From Haliotis cracherodii (Eukaryota), in the NCBI RefSeq assembly GCF_022045235.1, contig NW_027266270.1:29636001-29700000 (forward strand): a stretch of DNA of 64,000 nucleotides, read 5' to 3'. Both the position numbers and the translations under genes were made by a program. The notes below the pieces were generated by a model, which saw nothing but the letters and a program-made list of their open reading frames with translations, was not told the DNA's origin and searched no databases. This document shows, piece by piece, positions 37,129 through 49,000 of the stretch (its first letter is position 1; each line of letters starts with the position of its first letter).

Positions 37129-37411
37129 ACTGCTCACCTTACTTACTTACTTACTTTGGAGATTTAACGTGCGCTTTCCGACTGATGAGTATTTCGCACA
37201 CGGGCCCGGCCAGGCCATTTAATGTGTTTCCGAAAGGGGCGAGGGTGGTCTGTGCAACCCAAGAGGGGGCTTTAGGGGTTGCTTATATAGAATTTTGGAA
37301 TTTTGAGATTTGGAATAGATGCCGATGGGGTTGGGGAGGAGAACTAAGGGAGCTGGGTATGGTGGATGATTGTTTGTTTATGTGATTTTGATTTGGTAGG
37401 TTATTATGGTT

Positions 37412-40400
37412 TTAGATGCGTTTTATTAGTTCCGTTTTGATTAAGAATACGCCTAAGGCCTTGAAGTTTTCTAGTTTATTTTGTGGGTTTAGTATTGCTT
37501 CTAGAGTGAGAGCCTTGTTTAGATTGAGGGTGGTTTGTAATGCGGTTCGATGTGTTAGGTAGTGTGTGCAGTGGATGAGTGCGTGTTCTGGTGTTTCTGG
37601 TTGTTTGCAGTGTGGGCAGTTACCTGTAGTGTGTTTTTTAAAAAAATTTAGGTGGTTATTTAGGTTGGTGTGTCCTGTTTGGAGTTTAGTGATTACTCTG
37701 TCGATTTTTTTTGATGGATGTAGAATTTTTGGTTTGGTTAGTGGTTTGCTGAGCACTCTTTTGATTTGGCTATTTGAGTTTAGATATAGGCTATGCCATT
37801 TTTGTGATTTTTTGTTTGTTTACACTTTTAATTTCTGATTTTGAGATGGGTAAGTTTAAGCTTATTTCTGGGATTTTGAGGGATAGTTTAGCTGCTTTAT
37901 CGGCGTTTTCATTACCGTATATTCCTACGTGGGCGGGTATCCACAAGAAGGTTATTTGTTTGCCTGCCTTAGTTAGGTCGTTGGAGCTTTTAAGTATTTG
38001 ATTTATTAATTTAGGTCGGTTTTTGGTATTTTTGTTTTGGAGGGCTTGCAGTCTACTTAGGGAGTCAGTAAGTATTAAGATTTTTTTGTGGTTTTTGGAT
38101 TCTTGATTGTGGAGGGCTGAGGCCATGCCCATTAGTTCTGCCGTGAATATTGATTGGTTATTTGGGAGTCGGAAGGATTGTGTGGTTTTAGTTGGTTGTG
38201 TGGTATGGACTCCGAAACCTGTGTGTTTGGAGGTCGGATCTGAGGATCCGTCCGTGTAAATGTGACACCAATTTGGCCAATTTTTGTGTATGTATGCTAG
38301 TGTGGTAGTTTTAGCTATGTTTGGGTCGGTTTGTTTATTTATTTGGCTAGCTAGTGTTGTGTCTATTTTGGGTATTTTAAGTTTAGGGGTGAAGATATTT
38401 GATTGTTTGCAGTTTTGTTTAAGATTTTTAATTTGGTGTTCATTTAGGTAGTTTGTTATTCTTTGGGATATTGGGGTAAGTAAGGGGTGTTTACGAGCTA
38501 GAGCTTGGTTTTTGGGGCTGATGTTTTGGTTTATTAAGTTTTGGATGAGAGGGTTTGATTGGGACGCGGCCCAGAAATTTAAGCTTAGCTGTTCCCTGCG
38601 TAGACTTAGTGGCATTTCTCCTGTTAGGGCCTGAAGTGAGGTGTAGGAGGTGCCATGTTGGGTGCGTGTAATGAGTTTGAGAGCCTGATATTGTATTGAG
38701 TCACGTTTTTTAGATAGAGAGTTGTTTAGGGTGTTGTATATGGCGCAGCCGTAGTCTAGTTTTGATCTAATTAGTGATATGTAGAGAGAGAGGAGAGTAT
38801 CTTTGGAGGCTCCCCAGTTAGAGCCAGGTAGGCATCTTAGGGTGTTTAGGTCTTTACTGCATTTAGTTGTTAGGTTTTGGATGTGAGCATCCCAGGTGAG
38901 ATGTTCATCGAAAATAAGTCCTAAGAATTTGGTTTGTTTTTGAAATTTGATTGTTTGATTGTTTAGCTGGAGGATTGGGGAGGCGGGTTTCATGTTTTTA
39001 TGTTTGAATACTATTCCTGTTTTTTTTTTCTGAGTTAAGGGAGAAGCCCCATTTGTCAGCCCATTGTTGTATTTTATTAGAGATTTTTGGAGTAGATTTT
39101 TGGCCATTTTCATGCTTTTAGTGCGGATCCAGATGGCTCCATCATCCGCGTATTTTGATGTGTTTACTTTAGGGGATAGACCCTCGAATAGATCGTTTAT
39201 CATTATATTGAAGAGGGTGGGGCTGAGGATACTGCCCTGGGGAGTGCCATTTTCTAGGGGACATTGGTCCGATAGAGTTTGGTCTATACCCACGGTTATT
39301 TTACGATTGTTTAGGAAGTCCTGGATGTAGTTTATTATCTGACCTTTGAGTCCTATTTTTTTAAGTTTTTGTATTAGCCCATCGTGCCATACCATGTCAT
39401 AAGCTTCAGAGAAGTCTAAGAAGATGCCAGTGGTATATTGTTTATTTAGTTGTCCTGTCTTAATATCTTGTTCTAGTCGGGCGAGGTTATCTAGGGTTGA
39501 GCGGCCAGGAGTGAAACCGCTTTGATCTGGGTTTATGATGTTATTTTGGATTAAGTAATGTTGTAATCTATTTTTAGCCATTGATTCTATTACTTTACAT
39601 AAGTTTGAAGTTAGGGATATTGGTCTATATGAGTTAGCTTGATTAGCTGGTTTATTAGGTTTAGGGATTGGTATGACTAGGGCCTGTTTCCAGGGAGTAG
39701 GAACCTGTCCGTTTAGGTAGATGAGATTGTATAGTTTGAGTAGTGCCTGGAGTAGTTTTAGGGGGAGTTTTTTAATTATTTGGTAAGAGGTTAGGTCTAA
39801 TCCTGGGGCTGTGCCCTTTTTCCTGTTTTGGATTACGTAGAGGAGCTCCTCCATTGTATAGGGTTGATTTATTTCTAGATTGTTAATGTTTGGTTCTTTT
39901 GTGGGTTTGTTTTCTGTTTTAAGTTTATCTTGGAATTTTTGGCTGAAGTTGCTGTTACTGCTAACGGCCGAAAAGTGGTTGGCGAGATTATTTGCTTTTT
40001 GGGCGGGGTTGGTTGAGTTGTTAATGTTAGGGTTTTTTTATGTCGTTTTAAGCCTCTAATGGCGTGGATTTTGCGCCAGACCGTTCTGGCATCTGTACGG
40101 TTATTTATACCTTCGCAGAATTTTTTCCAGTCTCTACTTTTGGCTATTTGGACTAGTTTTTGAACCTGGTGGTTTAGTTCGTGGGCTATATTTAAATATT
40201 TGTAGTCGCGTTTTGCTTTATTGAAGGCTGATTTACGTTTTCGTCTAGTCTGTTCTATTTCCTCATTCCACCATGGTACCGTCGGTTTGCCTGTCTTAGA
40301 TGTTTTGAAAGGGATGGAGGTTTTGGCTGCGTTTATTATATAGTCTGTTAGGTTTTTACAATAGGTTTCTGGATCATTATTTTCTATTTCGTTTAAGTTA

Positions 40401-41167
40401 GCTGCGTTGCAGATATCTTGGAATTGGTCCCAGTTAGCTTTATTGTAATGGAATTTTGGTTCTTGGTTTTCTGTTTGGATTGGTACGTTTGTATTTCCTA
40501 TGGCTATGTTTATGGGGAAGTGGTCACTACCTAGCGGGACGTCGTGCACTTCCCATTGAGTGCTTTGGGCTAGATCTGCGGTGCATATGGTTAGGTCGAT
40601 AGCTGACATTTTTTGGTTTATCTTATCGTACCTCGTGGGTTGGTTGCTATTAAGGAGTACTAGGTCGTTTGTTTCTATCCATTCGGAGATTAATTTGCCA
40701 TGATTATCTATTTTATCATCTATGCTCCATGTAGGATGTTGAGCGTTAAAGTCTCCTAGGAATATAGTAGATTTATCGCTTATTTTGAGTAGATTGTTTA
40801 GATCCTCAGGTTGGACTTTTTGTTCCGCCCAGTGGTAAATATTTATGATGTTTATGTTTCGGTTATTTAATGTGATTTTAATGCCGTTGGCTTCTAGGTT
40901 TGGCGTGTCTATTTTTATTTCTTCGTAATTTATATCTTCCCTGATAAATATGATTAGTCCTCCTGCAGCTCTTCTTGTTTTCGGTTTAGCTCTGTCAGTT
41001 CTAACTGAGTTGTAGTTAAGTAGTGTGAATTTCGATTTTTTTGAGAATTTGGTTTCCTGTAAACAAGCTATGTGAGGGCCTTTATTTAGTTTAAATTTAG
41101 TTTTTAGTTCATGGCCGTGGGAGGTGAGTCCGTTGGCGTTCCACTGAAAAATATTTAGTCCTTCCAT
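37412..41167 (-). CDS. LINE ORF2 (APE-RT-RNase H-CCHC) with several homopolymer frameshifts
   Basis: Begins MEGLNIFQWNANGL...ACLQET (APE N-terminus); ORF pieces at 39875-41167, 37791-39854 and 37412-37756. Breaks fall in A/T runs and may be real or sequencing errors. Confidence 0.88.
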
Positions 41168-41210
41168 TATTGGTTTCGGGTGATTGGTGATTTAGTTTTT
41201 AGTTTTTATT

Positions 41211-42853
41211 TTATTCGGTGAGTTCTTTTAGATGGAGGTTAAAGAGGAAGAAGGGAAGATCGGTTAATTTTAGATTGAAAGCTACTTTGTGGAAGGATTC
41301 CATACTAGCTTTTGGTGAGTTTTGACTATGCATGTATGCTAGGAGTAAGGTGAGGTTATTTAGGTTTGGGCTGTTGGCTGGTTGGGAAGTTTGGTTTGTT
41401 TTAGTTGGAGTAGTGTCTATTGTTTCCTCAGTAGTGGAGAAATCTTCGTCATTGGTTGGATTAGGTTTAGCTGGTTGAGTTTCCATGGGGGAGGCATGTG
41501 ATGTGGAGGGTTGTGAAGGTGTTGGCGGGATGGGTGTAGCTGATGTTTTCTTAGTGTTTGTGTTTTGTTGTTGTGCTTGCTTGTGGGAGAGTGTTGTTGC
41601 CATATGGGCTGTAGGGTGCTTGGATGAGGGTCGTGTTGTGGTGGTCATTTTGAGGTTTGTTTTGCATGCGGGGGTTGATGTTTTGGCTATGTGAGATGTG
41701 GGAGGGTTTGTGGTTGGTTGAGTGGCTGCTTGTGTGTGTGAGGTGGGTGCGGTTTCTCGGTAGGGGTCCCAGACAGAGCTGTCGGTTATGGGTGTGGTGT
41801 TTGTTTGTGGGATGGTGTTTGGGTGTGGTGTAGGGAGGAGTGGTTTAGATGCAGGTGTAGCAAATTTTCGTGTTTGGATTTTAGCCGTTTCTATGTTTAT
41901 GTGTTTGTTGACCTGCTGGGAAAGTGTGTGTCTGTGTGGGCATTGGTTTGAAAGTGAGGTGTGTTGGGTGGATTTGCAGTGGATGCACCAGGGTGTGCAT
42001 GTGCCTGGGCAGTCTGTTTGTGCGCATTTTTTATACATTTAGTTTTAGGGTATGTGCATTGGGAAGCATTGTGGTTGTATTTGAGGCACTTTGAACATTG
42101 CTTAACCTGCTTTATATAGGGTTTGACTTCTAAGTTGGTGTGGGCTCCGAAGGATATGTGTTTGGGGGCTTCAGGGAATTTAGCGGGTTTTTTAAAGTTG
42201 ATTATGACAATGGAGGTTGGGACCGTTTTTCCGTTTCTAGTTGAGGTTATTCTGCGCGTGCTGGTGATTAGGGGTTGAGGGTTTTGGTCTTGGTTTATGT
42301 TAGCTTCTAGAGAGTATAATTGTAAGTCCTCAGTTGTTTCCCTTGGGTTAACCCTAATTACGCCTCGTGTATATTGTTGCCAATTAGGTGTTTGTTTGAT
42401 TACCGTGACGTGGAATATTTGAGTTATTTTATTTGCTGCGTTGTAAGATTCTCGGTTAGGAAAGATTATCTGGTATCCTTTGTTGGCTTTTTTAATATTG
42501 TTGTAATTTATTTTTTGTCTTTTGAACCAAAGTCCTATTTTATCTGCCGAAAGGTCTAGTGAGAGAGTGGTGCCTGAGCCTGCTGAGAAGAAGTAGAGGG
42601 CGAAGGTGGTGAGGAAGGCGGCCGGGGAGGGTGTTGGCGATGGAGGTGGAGTGGATGTGTCGAGTTTGCGTTTTTTGGTGTTTTGTGGTGGCGAGTTAGC
42701 TGGTTTGGTTGGGGTGGTGTATGTCGTGTTTTCGCCATACTCGGTCGGGACGATGTTTTCGAGTGACCTCCCAGAAGTGTTGTGCGCTTCCGCAGGCGTG
42801 GGTGAGTAAGGAGCTGGAATGTCTGCGAGTGTGGCGTTGCGGGTGTCAGTCAT
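41211..42853 (-). CDS. LINE ORF1 gag-like protein with zinc knuckles (one frameshift in an A-run near 42030)
   Basis: CSKCLKYNHNASQC (CX2CX4HX4C) followed by further Cys/His clusters (CIHCKSTQHTSLSNQC); Thr/Pro-rich tail. Confidence 0.85.
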
Positions 42854-42944
42854 ATTGTTTGGGTGTTGTGTTGGAGAGCGTGTGTTGTGGTAAGTGGTGG
42901 TGGAGTGTTTTGGGGAGGTGAGTTGGTTTGTTGTTTTTACTTGG

Positions 42945-43330
42945 ACTGCTCACCTTCCATTTGTGGAGTTTTATGCTCTACTAACTTCTTTCGCTTCATC
43001 ACCTTAAACCTCATTGGCTGTAAGGACTCTTTGATCCATGGCTTCTATTTGAACATTTAACTTTCTTTGATCTAGGGTTTCACTAACCAATTAACTACTT
43101 TTTCTTAACAACATCAATCCAATCAGCTGATTGGAATTTCAGCGATCTCTGGCTTCTTTAACACTGCGCTCCCTTTATGTTTGATTGGCTCTGGTTTCTT
43201 TCATGTCTCGTGTCATTGGTTAGTGTTTTGACAGCGTTAAACAAACAGTATCCATTGGCGGGATATTCCTGATTAGCTTATCTTTCTTTGATTTTCTCTT
43301 TTACAAACCAATCAGTTTATTGGATTGTTT
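42945..43330 (-). promoter_or_regulatory. Original promoter of homeobox copy 6, now directly upstream of the full-length LINE
   Basis: Homologous to 13741-14230. CATAAAA at 42975-42969, CCAAT at 43013, CTTTGAT at 43029, 43065 and 43286. Confidence 0.75.
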
Positions 43331-43519
43331 GTCTCGATTGTGTTTTCAACATTTAAGAATGAAAAAATTGTTTTGCTGTTGTATTGGTTTAAGGGAAATA
43401 TCACGAAACACTGTCGTAAGCAGCTGAACTTAACTTTTAATTACACCCAGATTACAATCTGCAGTGTTGCGGATACATTATGTACATAGAAGCGTAGTAA
43501 ATGCTATTGTAGTCAAGGG

Positions 43520-43735
43520 GGGCACGCCAGAAACCTATGATTGTGGGTTCGAATCCCGATTCGCCCCGATTATGTTTCTAGGTTTGTCAGCACAATACCC
43601 ATGCTCGTGGGTTTCACCAAAGTGGTAAACGTCTGAGACCTGCATCACTTCGGGCTTTCCTCCCACATTAAGCTGACACGCCGTATAACTGGAATACTGT
43701 TAAAAATGGCGTAAAACCCAACTCACGCACTCACT
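43520..43735 (+). mobile_element. tRNA-derived SINE family 3 (5'-partial)
   Basis: GGTTCGAATCC B box; homologous to 54590-54858; CTGGAATACTGTT...GGCGTAAAAC...CACTCACT end. Confidence 0.6.
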
Positions 43736-44499
43736 ATTGTAGTCAAAGTGTAAAGTAGATGTCTGATACTACAGTTGTATATATGATTAAAATCTACACA
43801 CATGCGTGTCATATGGTGAGATTGCAATCTGCCAGTTTCCGTTGGTAGACACATTGGGATGCGGTGAAATAGGCAATTTGTTAAACACAAATGTTGTCCA
43901 ATGCAGTTCCCTGTTTTGATTGGTACCATTATGTTCCCGTGTTGCTATTTTTCTGGTGAATAGTTTTCTTTCCTTTGCATGTGTTTGTGACAAGTCATTT
44001 TTCGCCCACACCTGGTATCATCACTGTTTGATACTGATTCATAAACGCATTCTTTTGATATAGTTGGAATGGAATGGACCCTACTTTTAGACAAGATTTC
44101 TTCTTTGGATTAATATGGAAATGATTTGTATCACTTATTTTTATATCTCATAAGCTGCTTTATGGAAATGTTTAATAATAAATGTTTTCTGTTTCAAATG
44201 GCTGACATACAAACGAATGGTTTGAAGTAAATAAACGTCATTTTGATTCTATTATAATGTGAGCATGGGGACCAGTCATTAAAATTCTGGAGGGGCAGCT
44301 GCGTGTTTTATTATAGTGACAGGATCCTTTTGTGACTGCCGATTTTTAATGAAGGTTTTCACAACACAATTTTTCATGACATCAGCCACTCTAGCGAACA
44401 TCCGTACGATGACATTACTCGAATACATTACAGGAAATTACTCCACACTTATGATTTCTTTATTAAAAGTTATATGTTTAGAACCACAAACTTACCTAT

Positions 44500-44830
44500 C
44501 GAGCATGCTCTTTCTACCAGCGTCATACGACTCTTGCTCAGAAGTTGTTTCATCAAGGTTACAACATTCAAGGCCTCAGTAAAGCTTTCAAAAAGTTTTA
44601 TGGTAGACATGTGGAGGACATTTCCAAATTTGACACACCAGTGACAAAAATTAGGTCCGATGCAATTCCCTGTTTTGACTTGTACCATATGTTCCCATGG
44701 TGTTTTTTTCCAGATGAACACTTGCCTTGCCTTTGCATGTGTTTGTGACGGGTGCTCGCCTTTTCGCGAACACCTGGTATCATTACTATTTGATAGCTAT
44801 TCATAAACACATGCTCATGATATAGTCGGA
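44500..44830 (+). mobile_element. 3' remnant of an RT retroelement (Penelope-like type)
   Basis: KLFHQGY...LSKAFKKFYGRH C-terminal motif. Its downstream sequence is homologous to segments at ~43900-44070, ~15880-16075 and ~11450-11940. Confidence 0.45.
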
Positions 44831-45360
44831 ATTGTACAGTCGACTCTGCTTTATGCAGAGATTTCCATCGGATATGGAAAGGGTTTTGTCGCTTTATTTA
44901 CCAATTGAAACCCGATTTTCTGATATTCTGATATCCAAAGAGTGGAACGTTTATGTAATTTATGTAGTTCTCCCGCGGATGATAACGAGTTTCATTACCT
45001 ATTTAGCCATTTACTTATGTGAATCTCTTCTCCAGGGGCGGCCTATGAAATTGCCTTCAGATCTCTCCGAATAGCCTAATTTGTATAAATTGTAAAAAAA
45101 AAACGTTTATCCAACATTAGAGTAAAAGATACGAAAAACTTTATCAATATATTTCCTTAGAAATGTTGAAGCTGTTAAGAAAACGTGTATGGGACTTTAG
45201 TTTTGTCATAATTCCTTGTAACTTTTAATTTCTTTATATATTTGCACAATGCCCCTGTCATCTTTATGTTAGTATATATGAATTTGTATTATACTTTTTG
45301 TATCATGTACCACCGTTGGTGGACTGAACTGAACTGAACTGTATTACGCACGATTGCACT

Positions 45361-45401
45361 CAGCCTGGTTCCCTGCGCAGCATACCCAGGGAACCAAGCT
45401 G
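45361..45401. mobile_element. 41-bp micro-MITE
   Basis: 15-bp terminal inverted repeats (CAGCCTGGTTCCCTG / CAGGGAACCAAGCTG, one mismatch) flanked by a 9-bp direct repeat GATTGCACT (45352-45360 and 45402-45410). Confidence 0.75.
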
Positions 45402-45504
45402 GATTGCACTTGGAATGGTACCATCTGAGTTAAAGATAGTTCGCTGTATGCATTACTCATGGACATCCATCCTCGATTACCCAAGGTATGATATCTCCAT
45501 TCTG

Positions 45505-45667
45505 TTCAGTGTGTGAGTGAGTGCGCCGCTTTTAGCAATATTCCAGCAATATCACGGCAGGGGACACCAGAAATGGGCTTCACACACTGTACCCATGTCG
45601 GGAATCGAACCCGGGTCATCGGCGTAACGAACGAATGCTTTAACCACAAGGCTACCCGACCGCCCCT
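45505..45667 (-). mobile_element. tRNA-derived SINE family 1
   Basis: Reverse complement of the 51372-51536 type. Confidence 0.85.
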
Positions 45668-46045
45668 GTTATGTGTGTGTGAGCACGCGCACAAGCGCGG
45701 GTTTGTGTTTTGTTATTTAACACCGCACTCAACTATATGACGGTGGCCATCTATTATTATACCTGGATCCATTTGCATCAAGAGCTTCGTTCCGGAAGTG
45801 ACGTCATCATTTCAATCTCATGTTTCACTGGATAATCGAGGATGCCCCACTTCGTGACGGTTGTTCAGTATTATGGTTGGGATGGGTAGATATGTGCCTT
45901 CCTTTGGTCTTGTTCTTAGCCAAAGTACAACCTAGGAAAGATAAGGAACCTTATCAACTGGTGCAAGCCGATGTTTCCGTTCCCTGTGGCCAAAGTGACA
46001 CGGTTTTCATCTAGTCAGTGTATTTTTTGTAATATCATAACCCTG

Positions 46046-49000
46046 ATGAAGACATTACTTGAGTCTATTACGCTCGTGTGCATTCTGTGTGGCGTGCAAT
46101 ACACAAGGGCTGGTAAGTGACATTAATCTGTATATTTCTGATATATACTACTCAAAATACATTGTCGTTTAAGAACACCCGATTGTATTATATGATATTG
46201 TTATTCCGTCATCTCGGATTAATTAGTCATATGACAAAATTCCTTTGAGTTGTAAATGTCAATTTTAGTAAAATTATTTAAAAAACTTGGTGCAAAGGTG
46301 CAAGATAATGAAAATGTAAAACATATTTACGAATATAAACTGAGGATCAAAAGAAAGTGTACCGATTAGTTTGCTAAAACCGACAATAAACACAAGTTTA
46401 ACCTTTTGACGAGATATAAACACGTCAACATCACAGTTCACAAACAGCACTAGTTGTAAATGTACGATTTTACAAAATGACACCCAGGAAGAAGTGTGAA
46501 TATCCACGGTCATAACTGTCACTAAATAAATGTCAATGATTCAGTATGAGGCGACTAACGGGATCGGGTGGTCAGGCTCGCTGACTTGGTCGATGCATGT
46601 CATACTATCCCAATTGCGGGGATCGATTCTCATGATGTTAATCACTGGATTGTCTGGCCCAGACTCGATTTATTTACAGACCGCATTCATATAGCTGGAA
46701 TATTGCTGAGTGCGGCGGTAAACAACAAACGAACAATGATTCAGTAGCGTGCATGTAGCGTGCGTCTAATGAGGTCATCAATAATTGTCACCCATTCATG
46801 TGTCAATGACAATACAATCCGATCTGTCTGTTCATTTGACGTCGTTTTCTCTGGCCACGTCGGTAGCTCAATGTTGTTGCGTCGACTTTGGCCAGCTGGA
46901 AACTACTCTCAGAAGGGAACAAGTTGTTTGACCCGATGTTGCTAACTCCAAGGTGAAATTGACGTGCCAGACGTAAACGTTGAAGGCGTTGATTCTTCGT
47001 CGTTGTCATCTTTTTATTCCTCTAGACCCTGATACCACGCAACGCACTGTGTGGCGATAAATAGCACGTCCAAGCGCAGTCGCAATCGTACAGTCCATGA
47101 TCATTTGCGACGTGGGCGTAACCTGTCCCCAACTGCGCAATGCCAGTTCCTCTCCCTTGTTGTTCAGCAGGTATCCTTGCCATGTTCTCAGGTGTTTCAC
47201 TGTTGACTAATGACCTTATTTTGCCATGGCACCGTTTAGATACCATTACAAACCAATGCTTCATACCCATGCTTCACGTGCAGTAAATGTTTGCTTCCTA
47301 AGGTCATTTTACACGTTCAACATCGACCGAACGCAGCGACGATTTTAAATTTCTTATATTTCGTCGATCAATAATGGAACCGGTCTAACCCTCCATGAAT
47401 GTAAATTGTGTTTATTTCTGCAGGAAGTTAAAAGGCATGGAATATTTTTGATGACGTTGAATGTTTTGTGCATAATGTTAAATGTTTTGTGCATAATGTT
47501 GAATGAGGTACATAACATCAAATGTTTGGTGGAACAGAGACTGTCAAATCTAGCGACGATGGCTGGCCAGTGAGAGAGTTCCGAGCTGTGTGGGTGGCCA
47601 CAGTGGCGGATATCGACTGGCCCCTGTCCAGCCATCACTCCACCTCCCAGCAGAAGGCGGAGCTGGTCCTCCTCCTGGACAAGCTGCAGCAGCTCAACTT
47701 CAACGCCATCGTGTTCCAGGTATACCCAAACTCCCGCAGCATCGCGTGTTAGAAGTTCATCTTTGTTGTAATTACTTTTAGAGATTGGAGTTCAATTTGA
47801 ATGATTAATGCCAGAACAGTCAAAAACAATTTTAAAGTTCTTTTAAGTATAGATAGTTCAATTCATTTCGGGGGCCCAGATGGCCCAGCGATCTAAGGCG
47901 CCTCCTTGAACCGTACTAGGATCCGCTGAGCATTGGTTTGAATCATGGATTCGCCCTGACTGTGACCCATGCTCTTTTAGTACTCTGTGTTTTGGGGGTT
48001 TCAGTTCTCATACATTAAACTGACACTCTTTGATTTAACTGAAACATACGATTAAAGCCACATTAAACCCAATTCACGCACTTACTCTACTCTACAACAA
48101 TGCAACATGTAGACATAGGCAAATATGTGTCGACCATCACCTTTTTGTGAATTATTTTCATCAACTGCATCGCCTAACGAATAAAGTTTATTGTACAGCA
48201 TATATGACGTTCCGACGACGTTAGGTTGCGCTGAACCCATTCACTGTATATTTGCAGATCCGCTCAGTGGGTGACGCCATGTACAACTCCACACTGGAGC
48301 CATGGAGCGCGTATTTGACAGGCTCCCAAGGAAGGGCTCCTTCTCCCTACTACGACCCCCTGACCTTTGTGTTGGAGGAGGCCCACAGACGTAACATGGA
48401 GGTCCACACCTGGTACAACCCGTACCGAGCACGGGCTGGGAGTACATCCAGGGCCGGACTTGCCCACAACCACATGGCTGTCAAATACTCACAATACGCC
48501 CATGCCTATGGGAAGGATCTATGGATGGACCCAGGTGCCAAGGTAGTTCAGGATCAGTGTTACAATGTCATCATGGATGTCGCAAAGCGTTACGACATTG
48601 ACGGTGTCCACATGGACGACTACTTCTACCCCTACCCCGTTTCAGGTCAAAGCTTCCCCGATGACACCACCTACAACGCCTATCGACACGGAGGCGGCCA
48701 TCTTGGACGGGATGACTGGAGACGGGACAACGTCAACTCACTTATCCAGCGTCTGTATAATGGAATCAAGGCAACCAAGAAGCATGTTAAATTTGGTCTT
48801 AGTCCATTTGGAATATGGAAATCAGGGATTCCTCATGGCATAGTTGGACTGTCGGCTTACTATGCACAGTACGCAGACAGTAGGAAATGGTTTGATGAGG
48901 GTTGGGTTGATTATTTTACTCCTCAGCTGTACTGGCGGATTGATCCGGCGCGACAGAGTTTCACTCACCTGCTGGACTGGTGGCTGCAGCAAAACTCCAA

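Larger units (their letters stand above)
37141..42944 (-). mobile_element. Full-length I-group LINE (subfamily A1), 5.8 kb; third member of the stack
   Basis: ~90-nt 5' UTR, ORF1, ORF2, 3' UTR and (TAAG)n tail. TSD ACTGCTCACCTT at 37129-37140 and 42945-42956. Confidence 0.95.

Noticed and set aside
32345-42944. LINE stack explained as a tandem duplication or assembly artefact
   Set aside because: The three members belong to different subfamilies, have different truncation points and are each bounded by TSDs.
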